Source of the DNA: an uncultured bacterium
GTDB taxonomy: Bacteria; Bacillota_I; Bacilli_A; RFN20; CAG-826
DNA length: 64,000 nt
Reading direction: 5' to 3'
Assembly (NCBI GenBank): GCA_949288485.1
Contig: CASEKC010000005.1
Coordinates: 36,658 to 100,657, forward strand
The notes under the pieces were generated by a model that did no database searches, was not told the origin of the DNA, and saw only the letters and a list, made by a program, of their open reading frames with translations. The position numbers were made by a program, and so were the translations under genes. Positions 1-9,724 of the stretch are shown piece by piece. How positions within the stretch are numbered: position 1 is the stretch's first letter; each line of letters begins with the position of its first letter.

Positions 1-128
1 AATTATTTACTTTTTCGATTTATAAAATACTCAGAAACCAGTACCAAATATCAAATTAAGAAGCAAAAACAACGACTACGTGATCCTACTAAATTCATTA
101 TTAAATAAAAGCTGTTTTATATGTTAAA

Positions 129-820
129 TTAAAGATATATAACCATATAGTGTGGCAAAGTTAATTTATTTTCTTCAAATCCAACATTGCCATCGATTAG
201 TTTAAAGGAATCGTTCCATTATTACTTCCTTTAACTTCAATAGGTATGACATCACCATTTTTTTCAATTAAAAATTCTATTTCTATGGTTGAATCATTCT
301 TTTTATAATAGAAAATATTATAATTTTTTTGTTAATTCTTCGGCAATAACGTTTTCATATACTCCACCTTTAGTATTTCCTTTTATTGTTTTGGAAATGA
401 TCGAAACTTGCGTTTCTCTCCCTAAAAAATTACTTAATAATCCACTATCTAACAAGTAAATCTTATGTTGATCTTCTCTGCTATTTGCTTTTAAAGAAAT
501 AATTGGTTCATAAACATTTAAACATTTTCTTACAATATTAACATCTATCAGCCAATTTACACTATCTTTATATTTCCTTCCATACCATTCTTGTTCTCTT
601 TTTCTAAAAGAGTATATTTAAATTTTTTATTTTCTTTTGCTAATTGAGTAGGTACGGAATCAAAAAGTGCCCTAATTTTATTTTTCTTTTCACCTCTTGC
701 ATACTTAGAAATATCATCTCGATAATTTAAAATAATGTTTGATTGAATTTTAATATGGAAAACGTTTTCTACGAAAACGTTTTCCATTATTGATGAACAT
801 ACTTTTAAAAATTTTGGCAA
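129..820 (-). pseudogene. Remnant of an AAA_14/DUF4143-type ATPase. The N-terminal ATPase domain is missing and the C-terminal part is frameshifted.
   Basis: ORF 557..820 reads ..RDDISKYARGEKKNKIRALFDSVPTQLAKENKKFKY... It continues in other minus frames of 129-560 as ..KIYLLDSGLLSNFLG..GGVYENVIAEEL.. and ..IEIEFLIEKNGDVIPIEVKGSNNG.., broken by stops and frameshifts. This pattern is typical of the DUF4143 C-terminal region. No Walker A segment is present. Confidence 0.45.
755..787. promoter_or_regulatory. Two tandem 12-bp palindromes, GAAAACGTTTTC-tac-GAAAACGTTTTC; candidate operator
   Basis: The perfect 33-bp sequence atgGAAAACGTTTTCtacGAAAACGTTTTCcat was read directly. A related copy sits upstream of the ATPase gene at 8859-8891. 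The apparent N-terminus MENVFVENVFH of ORF 557..820 is just this palindrome translated. Confidence 0.4.
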
Positions 821-841
821 TTAACAGCATTATTAAAAACT

Positions 842-1948
842 CTATCTATTGTTTATAATTTTTAGGATATTTTCAATAACATCATTACAATAACGATTAG
901 ATAGTTTTATTATTTTTCCAACATCCTTTAAATCTTTTATTTCTGGTTTACCATTACCATTAACGCTCATTTCATGTTCTAATTTAAAAGGAGTTTTTGT
1001 TATGTCGTAAGCGGGTGATAATACGTATCCTTTTTTACTTTCATCATATAAAAAAGAAAAGTTTTTACCATGATCATCTTTATTCCCGTATAAAACATTA
1101 AAACACATTCTTTTATAGGCTTCTTTTATATTTTCTTCTTTATCGACACATATTGCATTTATCACTTCAAATAGATGAATATAGTCTAAGTTTGGAATTG
1201 TATGAGTTGTTTCGAGTAAAGAAGAAAGAGATATAACGTGAACTCTTTTATTGCCTAATCTATCAAATCTTTTACTCGCAAAATAGCCTTGGCAAATATT
1301 AGAATCAAAAAGTTTAAATTCGTTAACATTAATACCACATCTTTTCGCCAAATTATTGGCATTATATTCTTCTATTCCAATATTATCGCCATCATAACGA
1401 GTTGGAAATTTAATAATCCGCCAGTCTTCACCTATTTTCAAATGAATTTTTGGCCTAGCTCCACCAGAACTTCCTCCTAATTTAAAAATAGTATCGAGAT
1501 CTTGATTTTTAGTTGATCCATCGTATATTTCTTTTGCATATTTAGATAAAAGATCTAAATCAATATTTATGTTCTTCTTCTCTATTTGATTAAATGGTTC
1601 GAAAGAAAGTCCGCCTAAACCACTTTCGTCAATCAACGATAATTTTGTAAGAGGTAATAATTTATTATAATCAACACCGATTTTTTGTAATGCTCTTATC
1701 GTTAAAAGAACACCCCATCCATCTGGAAGACAATCACGAAAAACACCATACAAACCATCAAAGTTTCTTTTTCTATTTATATAGATTTTATCAGATAAAG
1801 GCAGGGAGAAAGGCGAAATAGAAAAACCGTTTTTAATCCAAGCATCATTATATTGAAAAGCGATATTTTCTTCATCTAGTTGAACTAAATAACCTACAAT
1901 TTCATTATTATATTTAATAGTTAATTTATTTATATTGTTTATCTTCAT
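842..1948 (-). CDS. hipA: HipA-family serine/threonine kinase toxin (type II toxin-antitoxin)
   Basis: 368 aa with HipA-like motifs GGSSGGARPK and DDHGKNFSF. It has a 4-nt ATGA overlap with the upstream HTH gene. Confidence 0.8.
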   Translation of the reverse strand: MKINNINKLTIKYNNEIVGYLVQLDEENIAFQYNDAWIKNGFSISPFSLPLSDKIYINRKRNFDGLYGVFRDCLPDGWGVLLTIRALQKIGVDYNKLLPLTKLSLIDESGLGGLSFEPFNQIEKKNINIDLDLLSKYAKEIYDGSTKNQDLDTIFKLGGSSGGARPKIHLKIGEDWRIIKFPTRYDGDNIGIEEYNANNLAKRCGINVNEFKLFDSNICQGYFASKRFDRLGNKRVHVISLSSLLETTHTIPNLDYIHLFEVINAICVDKEENIKEAYKRMCFNVLYGNKDDHGKNFSFLYDESKKGYVLSPAYDITKTPFKLEHEMSVNGNGKPEIKDLKDVGKIIKLSNRYCNDVIENILKIINNR

Positions 1949-2241
1949 TTAATCTCCTTCAATGACAAAATATTAGGATTTTTGAATAAATCATAAAAAT
2001 CTTCTAAACAATCAATTGCTTGAGCTAGTTTAAGGAGAGATGTTAAAGATATTTCTCCACTATTTTCAAATCTTCTAATGCTTGAATAAGAAACACCAGA
2101 TTTAATAGAAAGTTTTTTTTGAGAAAGTTTCAACTCTTTTCTTCTTTTAACAAATCGATTAACTAAATCATATGTAGTTTTTTCTATCGTTAAAACCGAA
2201 ACAAAATCACTTATATCAAATATATTTTTCATAGTGTTCAT
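1945..2241 (-). CDS. hipB: XRE-family HTH antitoxin, HipB-like
   Basis: 98 aa with HTH segment LKLSQKKLSIKSGVSYSSIRRFENSGEISLTSLLKLAQAI. It is translationally coupled to hipA. Confidence 0.6.
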   Translation of the reverse strand: MNTMKNIFDISDFVSVLTIEKTTYDLVNRFVKRRKELKLSQKKLSIKSGVSYSSIRRFENSGEISLTSLLKLAQAIDCLEDFYDLFKNPNILSLKEIK

Positions 2242-2747
2242 ATATTAGCATTTTCTACTAAAAATATCAATAAAGTGATAATATATTAGCAGTTTAATTT
2301 AAACATTTCGCTTTAATATTATCTTTTAAAAGCTTCATTTCTTTCAAATCTATTGCAATAATTAACAGTTTCTAAATTGGCACAAAATGAATAAAATAAA
2401 AAAATATTTGATTTTGAAAAATATAATTCTACTCACATCTTATTAGCTTTAAGGTATTTTTTAATAGAGCGAATGATTCTTATAATTTATATAAATATAA
2501 AAATTCTATGTTTAAAAAGGTTGATTGTTTTGCTTTATCGGCTTGAACTCACTGTTGTTAGTACTAATTTTTTGGTGTAAAAATCTATTTATTGATTATA
2601 AAGATTTAAATTATTTATTATTTGAATTAAGATTATTAGAATCATTTAATTAAAGTAAATACTTAAAGATTAATTTTAAAATTAATATTTATAGTTATAT
2701 TTATTATCACTATCGACAATTGTTTTTATATTTTTATAATAGTTGTA

Positions 2748-3626
2748 ATGAATATAGCGTCTAATGATAAATCATATGACTTTTTAATTAATATTGGCTT
2801 TACTTTAAATGAAGCTAAAGTTTATCTTGCTTTAGTTAAATTTCGTCTATTAAATGGTTATGAAGTAGCTAAAGAATCAGGTGTTTCTAGATCGTTAGTA
2901 TATGATGTATTAAATAGATTAGTCACTAAAGGATTTGTTAATAAAATATTAGGTGAAACAACTTTATATAGCGCTTTAGAATTTGATAAAGTTTTAGATA
3001 TTATTTCTAAAAATACTTATAGTAATATCGTTGAAGCTAAAGAAAGAATAAAAGAAATAGAAACAAATAATAAAAACACTAATTTAATCTATAATGTTAG
3101 TGGTTTTGATAATTTAATATTAAAAGCAAAAGAATTAATTAATAATTCAAAAAAAGAAATATCTTTATCTATTTGGAAAGAAGAATTTGATTTACTTAAA
3201 GAAGATTTAAAAAAAGCAATTAGTAAAGGTATAAAAGTATATATATTTACATTTTCTAACATAAGGTTAGAAAATGCTTATATATATTCTTATAACATTA
3301 AAGACCCGTCTAATTTATTTCCATATAGAAGATTAACTCTTATTTCTGATAGTTTTGATGTATTAATAGGTGAAAATACATCTAAAGAAGCCATATCTTT
3401 ATATACTAATAATCATGCTTTACTCTCTTTAGCTATTGATGAAATTGTTTTAAATATTTTTTGGTATAAATTGATAAAAAAATATGATTTATTAAAAGAT
3501 TGCGAAACTTCTAAAGGCTTTTTAAATACCTTAAATAAATTAAGAAAAGAATTAAACATTGATACAAATATGACAAAAAATTTCTCAGTTTTTTCTTTGC
3601 AAAAAGGAGGGTTATTTAATGAATGA
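2748..3626 (+). CDS. TrmB-family transcriptional regulator
   Basis: N-terminal winged-helix segment GFTLNEAKVYLALVKFRLLNGYEVAKESGVSRSLVYDVLNRLVTKGFV, followed by a TrmB-like C-terminal domain. It overlaps the start of the downstream transporter gene. Confidence 0.7.
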   Translation: MNIASNDKSYDFLINIGFTLNEAKVYLALVKFRLLNGYEVAKESGVSRSLVYDVLNRLVTKGFVNKILGETTLYSALEFDKVLDIISKNTYSNIVEAKERIKEIETNNKNTNLIYNVSGFDNLILKAKELINNSKKEISLSIWKEEFDLLKEDLKKAISKGIKVYIFTFSNIRLENAYIYSYNIKDPSNLFPYRRLTLISDSFDVLIGENTSKEAISLYTNNHALLSLAIDEIVLNIFWYKLIKKYDLLKDCETSKGFLNTLNKLRKELNIDTNMTKNFSVFSLQKGGLFNE

Positions 3627-5049
3627 TGAAAAAGTTGCAAAATTGAAAATTAAAGAAGTTAAAGAGTTAAAAAGAAGAGAAAAACAAGCTAAATTTAAAG
3701 AAAACAAATTCTATTTAATTTATCTTTTCATGATTTTATCAATCGTTTTTATTACAGATGAAATCGCTTCTACTATCGGTATTCAATTTCAATCTAATAT
3801 CATAAATGAATTTTTTGTTGATGGTATGGGTATGACTTATGGGGAAGGTTTATCTTTATCTTCTGCAATAGGTTTTATATCTTATCCAATAACATTACTA
3901 ATCGTTTTTTATAGACCTTTAGCCGATAAATTTGGTCGTAAACCTTTTTTAGTTATCAATACCTTATCTATGGCGTTAGGTTTATTCATAGTTTATCTAT
4001 CAAATAATTATATTGTTTATATGATTGGATCTACTTTAATGGGTTTTATGGTTTCTCATGACATGCAGGCGGTTTATATATTAGAATGTAGCGAACCTAA
4101 AAATAGAGCAAGAAACTATTCAATAATCAAGGCTATTGCTATTTTAGGAACTTTACTTGTGCCTTTATTAAGAGAAACATTAATGAAAAATATTTCTTCA
4201 AATTGGCATATAGTTTATTTAGTTCCGGCCATTATTGGTTTTGTTTTATCTTTTCTCGCCCTTTTTTGTGCTAAAGAAACTCATACCTTTTTATTAAAAA
4301 GAATTAAATATTTAAAAACTCCAATTGAAGATAGAGAAAAAGCCAGTAAAGAAGAAAAACTTAATAATTCTCAAGGTGGAATTATTAATGGCTTAAAATT
4401 TGCTTTTAAACATCATCAATTAAGATGGTTAATAATTGCCTGTACCTTCTTTTATCTAGCTTCTTTAGCTACTGCTACTTATTCTACTGTTATGGCTGAA
4501 TCAGCCTTAATGAGTGAAGAAGAAATCACAATGGCTTTATATTTATATCCAGTTGGTAATGCATTATCTACTTTAGTAACCGGTTTTGTATCGGATAAAT
4601 TTGGAAGAAAAACAACGGTAATTGCTATGGGTAGCGCCTCTATTGTAAGCTATAGTTTATTTATCGCTTCTAGCATGTTAGGTTGGACACCATTTTTAAC
4701 TGGTTTTGCTATTGGCGCATTTATGGGATGTTATTGGGGAGCCGGAGATACAATTGGTTCAATTATGTTCTCCGAATCTTCACCTACTAATTTAAGATCA
4801 TCAATAACCGTTATTAATACTTTATTAAATGGCGTTGTTGGTGGAGTTGCTTCTATAATTTCAATGATTGTTGTTCCTTTAATTCCACCTGTTGGTTTCG
4901 GTTATTTCTATCTTTGCTTAACAATTCCTGGCTTAGTTGGAGCAGTTATTGTTATGTTAAAATGCATCGGGGAAACTAAAGGATTAGATTTATCAAAGGT
5001 CACTGGACTTGAATGGGATAAAAAGAAAGAGGATAAAATAAATGGATAA
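3619..5049 (+). CDS. MFS transporter
   Basis: 476 aa with about 12 hydrophobic segments. MFS loop motifs are present, FYRPLADKFGRKP and VSDKFGRKT. Confidence 0.75.
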   Translation: MNDEKVAKLKIKEVKELKRREKQAKFKENKFYLIYLFMILSIVFITDEIASTIGIQFQSNIINEFFVDGMGMTYGEGLSLSSAIGFISYPITLLIVFYRPLADKFGRKPFLVINTLSMALGLFIVYLSNNYIVYMIGSTLMGFMVSHDMQAVYILECSEPKNRARNYSIIKAIAILGTLLVPLLRETLMKNISSNWHIVYLVPAIIGFVLSFLALFCAKETHTFLLKRIKYLKTPIEDREKASKEEKLNNSQGGIINGLKFAFKHHQLRWLIIACTFFYLASLATATYSTVMAESALMSEEEITMALYLYPVGNALSTLVTGFVSDKFGRKTTVIAMGSASIVSYSLFIASSMLGWTPFLTGFAIGAFMGCYWGAGDTIGSIMFSESSPTNLRSSITVINTLLNGVVGGVASIISMIVVPLIPPVGFGYFYLCLTIPGLVGAVIVMLKCIGETKGLDLSKVTGLEWDKKKEDKING

Positions 5050-5833
5050 AAGTATTTTTGAATTAAAAAAAGATGAGAAACCATTAGAAAATATCGATAG
5101 AACATGTGGTTTTGCTTCTATTTTAAAAGAGGTAGGAGTTATTGGAGATTCATTAGCTAGTGGTGAATTTGAAGCCACAGATGAAAGTAATAATATTACA
5201 TATCATGACATGTATGAATATTCATGGCCTAGTGTTCTTGAAAGAATTACTGGGACTAAATATTATAACTATTCTCGTGGAGGAATGACTTTTAAAGAAT
5301 TCTACGAAACTTGGGCCGATAAAAATAATTTTTGGGAAAAAAGACAATCATATATTGTTGCACTAGGTAATAATGATTTATTTGTCTTTAATCATAATGT
5401 TGGTTCTCATCTTGATATAGATGTTCTTCATCCTGAAAATAATAAAGATACGTTCTTTGGTTATATGGGAAAAGTCTTATCAAAACTTAAATCATTAGAA
5501 AAAGATGCTCGTATCTTTTTAGTTTCAATGTTACTTGATAATGAATTAAAAGAAAAAGACGAATTAACTCTATATGTTTTAAATGAAATGAAGGAAGTAA
5601 TAAAATTATATTCTTTTACATATTTAATAGATTTAACTACATATGGTGTTATATATAATAAAGAAGTAAGAAGTAAATATGCATTAGGATATCATCCTAA
5701 TGCAATGGGATATTATATTTATGCTTTAATGATAGGAAATTATATTGATTATATTATTAAAACTAATTATAAAGATTTTTTCGAATTACCTTTTATTGGT
5801 AAAAACTTACATAATTCTTATTTAGATAAATAA
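5042..5833 (+). CDS. SGNH/GDSL-family hydrolase
   Basis: Block I GVIGDSLASGE, block III GNNDL, and a histidine-containing C-terminal region. It overlaps the end of the MFS gene. Confidence 0.65.
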   Translation: MDKSIFELKKDEKPLENIDRTCGFASILKEVGVIGDSLASGEFEATDESNNITYHDMYEYSWPSVLERITGTKYYNYSRGGMTFKEFYETWADKNNFWEKRQSYIVALGNNDLFVFNHNVGSHLDIDVLHPENNKDTFFGYMGKVLSKLKSLEKDARIFLVSMLLDNELKEKDELTLYVLNEMKEVIKLYSFTYLIDLTTYGVIYNKEVRSKYALGYHPNAMGYYIYALMIGNYIDYIIKTNYKDFFELPFIGKNLHNSYLDK

Positions 5834-5907
5834 TAAGTATGGATAATATCTAGAAAACTTATTTAATTATTTTGATAATTTATTATTAATAGTCCAACTT
5901 TTGTGAT

Positions 5908-6084
5908 TTAAATTTCTAAAAATTTACTCATTATATAAATTTCTTTTTCATTAAAGATTAGACTTTTATCTTTACCAAAAAGTAAATAATTTATGCTTAC
6001 TCCATATATTTCTGATAGCCTAATTAAAGTATCGATTGAAGGTTCATAAACGCCATCTTCATATTTACTAGAAACATTAATCAT
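5908..6084 (-). pseudogene. Truncated paralog of the island XRE HTH genes
   Basis: Minus translation MINVSSKYEDGVYEPSIDTLIRLSEIYGVSINYLLFGKDKSLIFNEKEIYIMSKFLEI. It matches the C-terminal two thirds of ORF 31829..32143 and lacks the first HTH helices. Confidence 0.45.
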
Positions 6085-6235
6085 TTTGCAGCCTCTTTTG
6101 CTTTTAAACTAGATTTTCTTCTTATATCGATAAATAATTTATAGCTTTTCGTTACTTACCTTCCTAAACCAACAAGAGTTCGACTCTCTCTGATTAAAAG
6201 TTGCTAAAATTAACATTAAAAAAATCCGCAAAAAA

Positions 6236-6355
6236 GCAACAAAAAAGAGGGAATTGGACCCCTCTATATGAATAGATATTTTATTCTCGTGGTACGAAAA
6301 TGCTACGAAAATTCAAAAAACATCGATGGTTATCGTATTTGGTGCCTTCTGCCGG
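6236..6355. repeat. att-type junction repeat, copy A: integrase-tail remnant, hairpin, GCTACGAAAAT x2, and the 3' 16 nt of tRNA-Thr
   Basis: The segment aaaaaagagggaattggacccctc...ggtacgaaaatgctacgaaaattcaaaaaacatcgatggttatcgtatttggtgccttctgccgg is near-identical to 30692-30808 and 60127-60245. Its last 16 nt, tggtgccttctgccgg (6340-6355), equal the 3' end of the tRNA-Thr gene. Confidence 0.7.
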
Positions 6356-6473
6356 GAGACTCTATATACATATTTAATTTCATTGAACTTTTAGAAGTTC
6401 CTTTTTTATCGAGTTCTTATTTTTTTATCAATTGAGATTATAGATACTTTTTAGAAAGCGATGCTACGAAACA

Positions 6474-6740
6474 TTATTCTAGTTCTTTAACAGCTTTGAT
6501 TATCTTAATTTCTTTTTCCCGTGAAGTATTAAAACATTTTAAGATTTCGTCACGATAATTACATCTTTTAAAAAGTGGATTGACTTTTATCTTCTTAAAA
6601 ATCGGAGTCATTTTCCATAAAGGAATTCCGAAATATGCGGCACATTCAGATTTTGTCCAAATTCCTTTTTCTAACAATTTTAATTTATCATCCTTTTCAT
6701 AAACTTTATATTTATATCTTCCTTCACCTACTGTAAACAT
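6474..6740 (-). CDS. Small island-end DNA-binding protein, possible excisionase-like factor
   Basis: Paralog of 30944..31213 (MFTVGEGRYKYKVYEKDDKLKLLEKGIWTKSECAAYFGIP..). I placed the start at the internal Met, preceded by aaaggag, by alignment with that paralog. It is the first gene inside the att junction. Confidence 0.5.
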   Translation of the reverse strand: MFTVGEGRYKYKVYEKDDKLKLLEKGIWTKSECAAYFGIPLWKMTPIFKKIKVNPLFKRCNYRDEILKCFNTSREKEIKIIKAVKELE

Positions 6741-6753
6741 AATTCTCCTTTCA

Positions 6754-7215
6754 TTATTCTGTAAAATAATCATTTTTAACATTTTTAAAACATTGCATTT
6801 GTAAGATAAAAGCTGTTTTATATGCTTTTAAATCATCGTATTCTTTTTTAGTTAAAAGAACTGAATCATCATTTGGTATTACAATGTTTTCAATGCTTAC
6901 ATTATAAATGTCAGCCAATTTAACTATTGTATCAATTGAAGGTTCTGCCTTTCCTCTTTCATAACAGCTTATTGAGGAATGATCTAAATGAAGCATGTAA
7001 GCAACTTCTTTCTCTTTTAGTTTTTTCTTTTTTCTAAGTTCGGCAAGGATTTTATAGTTTTCATCTTTTATTTTTAACTCCTTTATTCTCAATAGTTGGA
7101 TTTTCGATAACATTAAAGAGAAAAATTTTTCCATTATCTCTATTTCATCATCAGTAAAACTTAAGCTCTTATCTTCTTTTAAAAGCAAATAATTTAATAA
7201 CATTACACTCAACAA
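6754..7215 (-). CDS. XRE-family HTH protein fused in frame to the C-terminal tail of a truncated upstream paralog
   Basis: The N-terminal part ..LNYLLLKEDKSLSFTDDEIEIMEKF.. equals the tail of the 31829..32143 type. It is followed by DENYKILAELRKKKKLKEKEV..CYERGKAEPSIDTIVKLADIYNVSIENIVIPNDDSVLLTKKEY.., which is of the 31227..31538 type. Confidence 0.6.
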   Translation of the reverse strand: MLSVMLLNYLLLKEDKSLSFTDDEIEIMEKFFSLMLSKIQLLRIKELKIKDENYKILAELRKKKKLKEKEVAYMLHLDHSSISCYERGKAEPSIDTIVKLADIYNVSIENIVIPNDDSVLLTKKEYDDLKAYKTAFILQMQCFKNVKNDYFTE

Positions 7216-7441
7216 AAAGGAGATTATGTAAATTTAAGTTGAAAAGTATAGGATTTTGTCTCATATTGCGACTCCCAAAATATCAATGTATGAAAAATAA
7301 ATGATAATTCAGAAAATCATTTTTCTATTTTGTAAACCTAATTAAAGTATTTTTCTATTGTACTTTATGATAATTAAACAACAAAAATTGCTTTAATTTA
7401 TTAAAATTATTTCATATCTTTAAACATAGTTTTTAAATCAA

Positions 7442-8817
7442 CTAAATGTAAATTTTATCTTCGATTTCTTTTAAAGAATCTTCAAAACCACTAGCACTGA
7501 AAATATAAAAATATTTATTTTTATAGCTAGAAAAAGGTTTTATAAAAACATTTTCTAGCATTTTAAAATAAATATTTTTTCCATTTTTTGAAGAAGAAAA
7601 CTTAACATCACTTATTAAAAGATTATCGTTATCTTCGCTAACTATATTTATTTCAACACTTCTATTTAATAAAGAGTTATTTTCAATATTAAAATTTTCA
7701 AAATTTAAAAATAAACCTTCTAAGTTTCCATTTTTATTTAAATATTCTAAATAACTAATACATAATTTTTCAAAATAATGTTCTATAAAATTATTAATAG
7801 CATTTTTATCTATTTCTTTTAATATTTTTCCATAACCACTTTTAATTAGTTCTACTTTTCCTCTAATAAAACGATAATAAAAAGCTAACATTGGATCTAC
7901 TATTTCATAATTGATATGACGTTTTGATTTAAAAGTTGTTCTTTTAATCAAAACGTCATTTTCAATTAATTCATCTATATATTTATATATTTTATTTACA
8001 TCTTCTTCTAAAAATGTAGCAATTTCTTTAGCACTAGTAAAATTATTAGATATTGCAACTATTATTGAAGCATTTAACCCACTTGAAGAAAGATCACTAG
8101 TAATAATTTTACTTGGATCATCACTAAAAATTGCACTTTGATTATAAAAAAGTAAATCTAAATTCTCATCAAAACTCTTTTTAGTGTTAATTGAAGATAA
8201 ATATAATGGAAAAGTGTTAGTTAAAATTAAAGGTTTAGCTTTTTCTTTTAAATCACTTACATCTTTTAAAGCTTCTAATGCTTCATCAAAAGATAATTTT
8301 TTTAATTTTAAAGAAAAAGTATGTCTTTGATAAAGTTCATAATTATATTTATTTATTTCTCTTTCAATAAAAGTTACATTACTTCCTGTTAAAATAATTG
8401 TAATTTTTCTTTTTTTAAAAAGAAGATCAATCGCTTTTTGTAAAGATGTGATAAAATCACTCTTTTTTCTTTTCCCATCTCTAGTTAATAAAATTGAAGG
8501 ATATTCATAGATAAATAAAACACCTTTTTCATCTTTAAAATATGAATCAATTGCTATAAAAAAAGAATACCAATCTTCAAAAACACCTACATTTAAACTC
8601 GTTTGTTCATTAAAATCATTAGAAAATGCTTTACGATTAATATTGTCTTCACTATCAGTAGCAAAAAAAGATAATGATTTTTTACCTTTTAAAAACATTT
8701 CCATTAAAGTAGATTTACCTATTCTTCTTCGACCATAAATATATCCAAACTCAAATTTATCCGAATTATAAAATTCTTCAAGTTCTTTTAATTCTTTTTT
8801 CTACCAATATAATTCAT
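7442..8817 (-). pseudogene. ATPase of the PF01637/DUF234 type with a frameshift in an A6 run near its 5' end
   Basis: ATG at 8817, preceded by ggagat, gives MNYIGRKK and then a stop. Shifting one base at 8795-8800 restores ELKELEEFYNSDKFEFGYIYGRRRIGKSTLMEMFLKG.., in frame with ORF 7442..8704. It is a paralog of the intact gene 21222..22604. Confidence 0.65.
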
Positions 8818-8858
8818 TATTTTATCTCCATGAACTTTTTATAATAGAAAAAAAGTTT

Positions 8859-8891
8859 ATGGAAGACGTCTTCCACGAAAACATTTTCCAT
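8859..8891. promoter_or_regulatory. Degenerate copy of the double-palindrome box (GAAGACGTCTTC-cac-GAAAACATTTTC)
   Basis: The sequence atggaagacgtcttccacgaaaacattttccat lies about 40 bp upstream of the ATPase start codon. It has the same architecture as 755-787. Confidence 0.35.
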
Positions 8892-8916
8892 AAACTATAT
8901 GAATCTACAAATTAGA

Positions 8917-9681
8917 TTATTTATTAGTTAAATAATCTTTATAAATATTAAAATAATTATCAAAAAAAGAACAAATACTACTCTTTTTATATATTTTGTA
9001 TTTTTTAAATAATCTTTAACTGTATCAATCGCTATTTTATGAGCTAAAGAGATTGGAAAAGAAAATCCACCAGTAGAAATTGAAGGAAAAGCAATTGAAG
9101 ATAATTTCATTTCTTCACACTTTTTTAAACATGATAAATATGAATTTTTTAAATCTTCTTTATCTTTTGTTTCTATTTTCCCAAACATTATTTTAGGTCC
9201 GACAGTATGAAAAACATATTTAGCAGGTAAAGAATAGTCTTTTGTTTCTTTACATTTTCCGTTTTCTTCATCTTTATTATTATTTTCTATTTTCATTATT
9301 TCTATTAGATCTCTTCTTATTTTTAATCCAACATAAGAAAAAATAATGTTATCAATATAGTTATGAAGAGGATAAAAACAACCCAACATCTTTTTATTAG
9401 CAGCATTAACTATTACATCAATATCTTTTAAAAAAGTAATATCACCTTTAAATATAGGGATTTTATCATTGATAAAATCTAAATCATTTATAGTTATTAA
9501 CTTTCTTTTATCATTTATTTCTTTAAATCCTTTTTCTTCATTTAAATAATATTCTTCATCTATACCTATAGGCATAGTTATATTCATTAACGCTCTAAAA
9601 GCATCTTTTTTTAATAGGAATATTTTTATAAACGTGATTATATTCAATTAAATAATTAATATAAAATTCGATAGATTCCAA
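8917..9681 (-). pseudogene. Macro-domain protein (ADP-ribose hydrolase type) with two homopolymer frameshifts
   Basis: The core reads ..IFKGDITFLKDIDVIVNAANKKMLGC.. and ..HTVGPKI..IAFPSISTGGFSFP... The N-terminus LESIEFYINYLIEYNHVYKNIPIKK (TTG at 9681 after aaggag) is out of frame at the run 9606-9612. The expected C-terminus ..DNYFNIYKDYLTNK is out of frame at the run 8962-8968. Confidence 0.6.
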
Positions 9682-9724
9682 TAATTACTTCTCCTTTATC
9701 ATTAATAATTAATATATTGGATAA

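Noticed and set aside
557-820. ORF-track start MPKFLKVCSSIMENVFVENVFH.. taken as a real N-terminus
   Set aside because: That stretch is the translation of the double palindrome at 755-787 and upstream non-coding DNA. The meaningful part of the ORF is the internal DUF4143-like segment.
6175-6192. T-loop-like gagttcgactctc left of junction A, and ggaattcgacgg at 30661-30672 left of junction B. Possible tRNA or tmRNA fragments marking further att sites.
   Set aside because: Only 4-bp stems are present. There is no acceptor or CCA context, and the two sequences are not similar to each other. The evidence is too weak.
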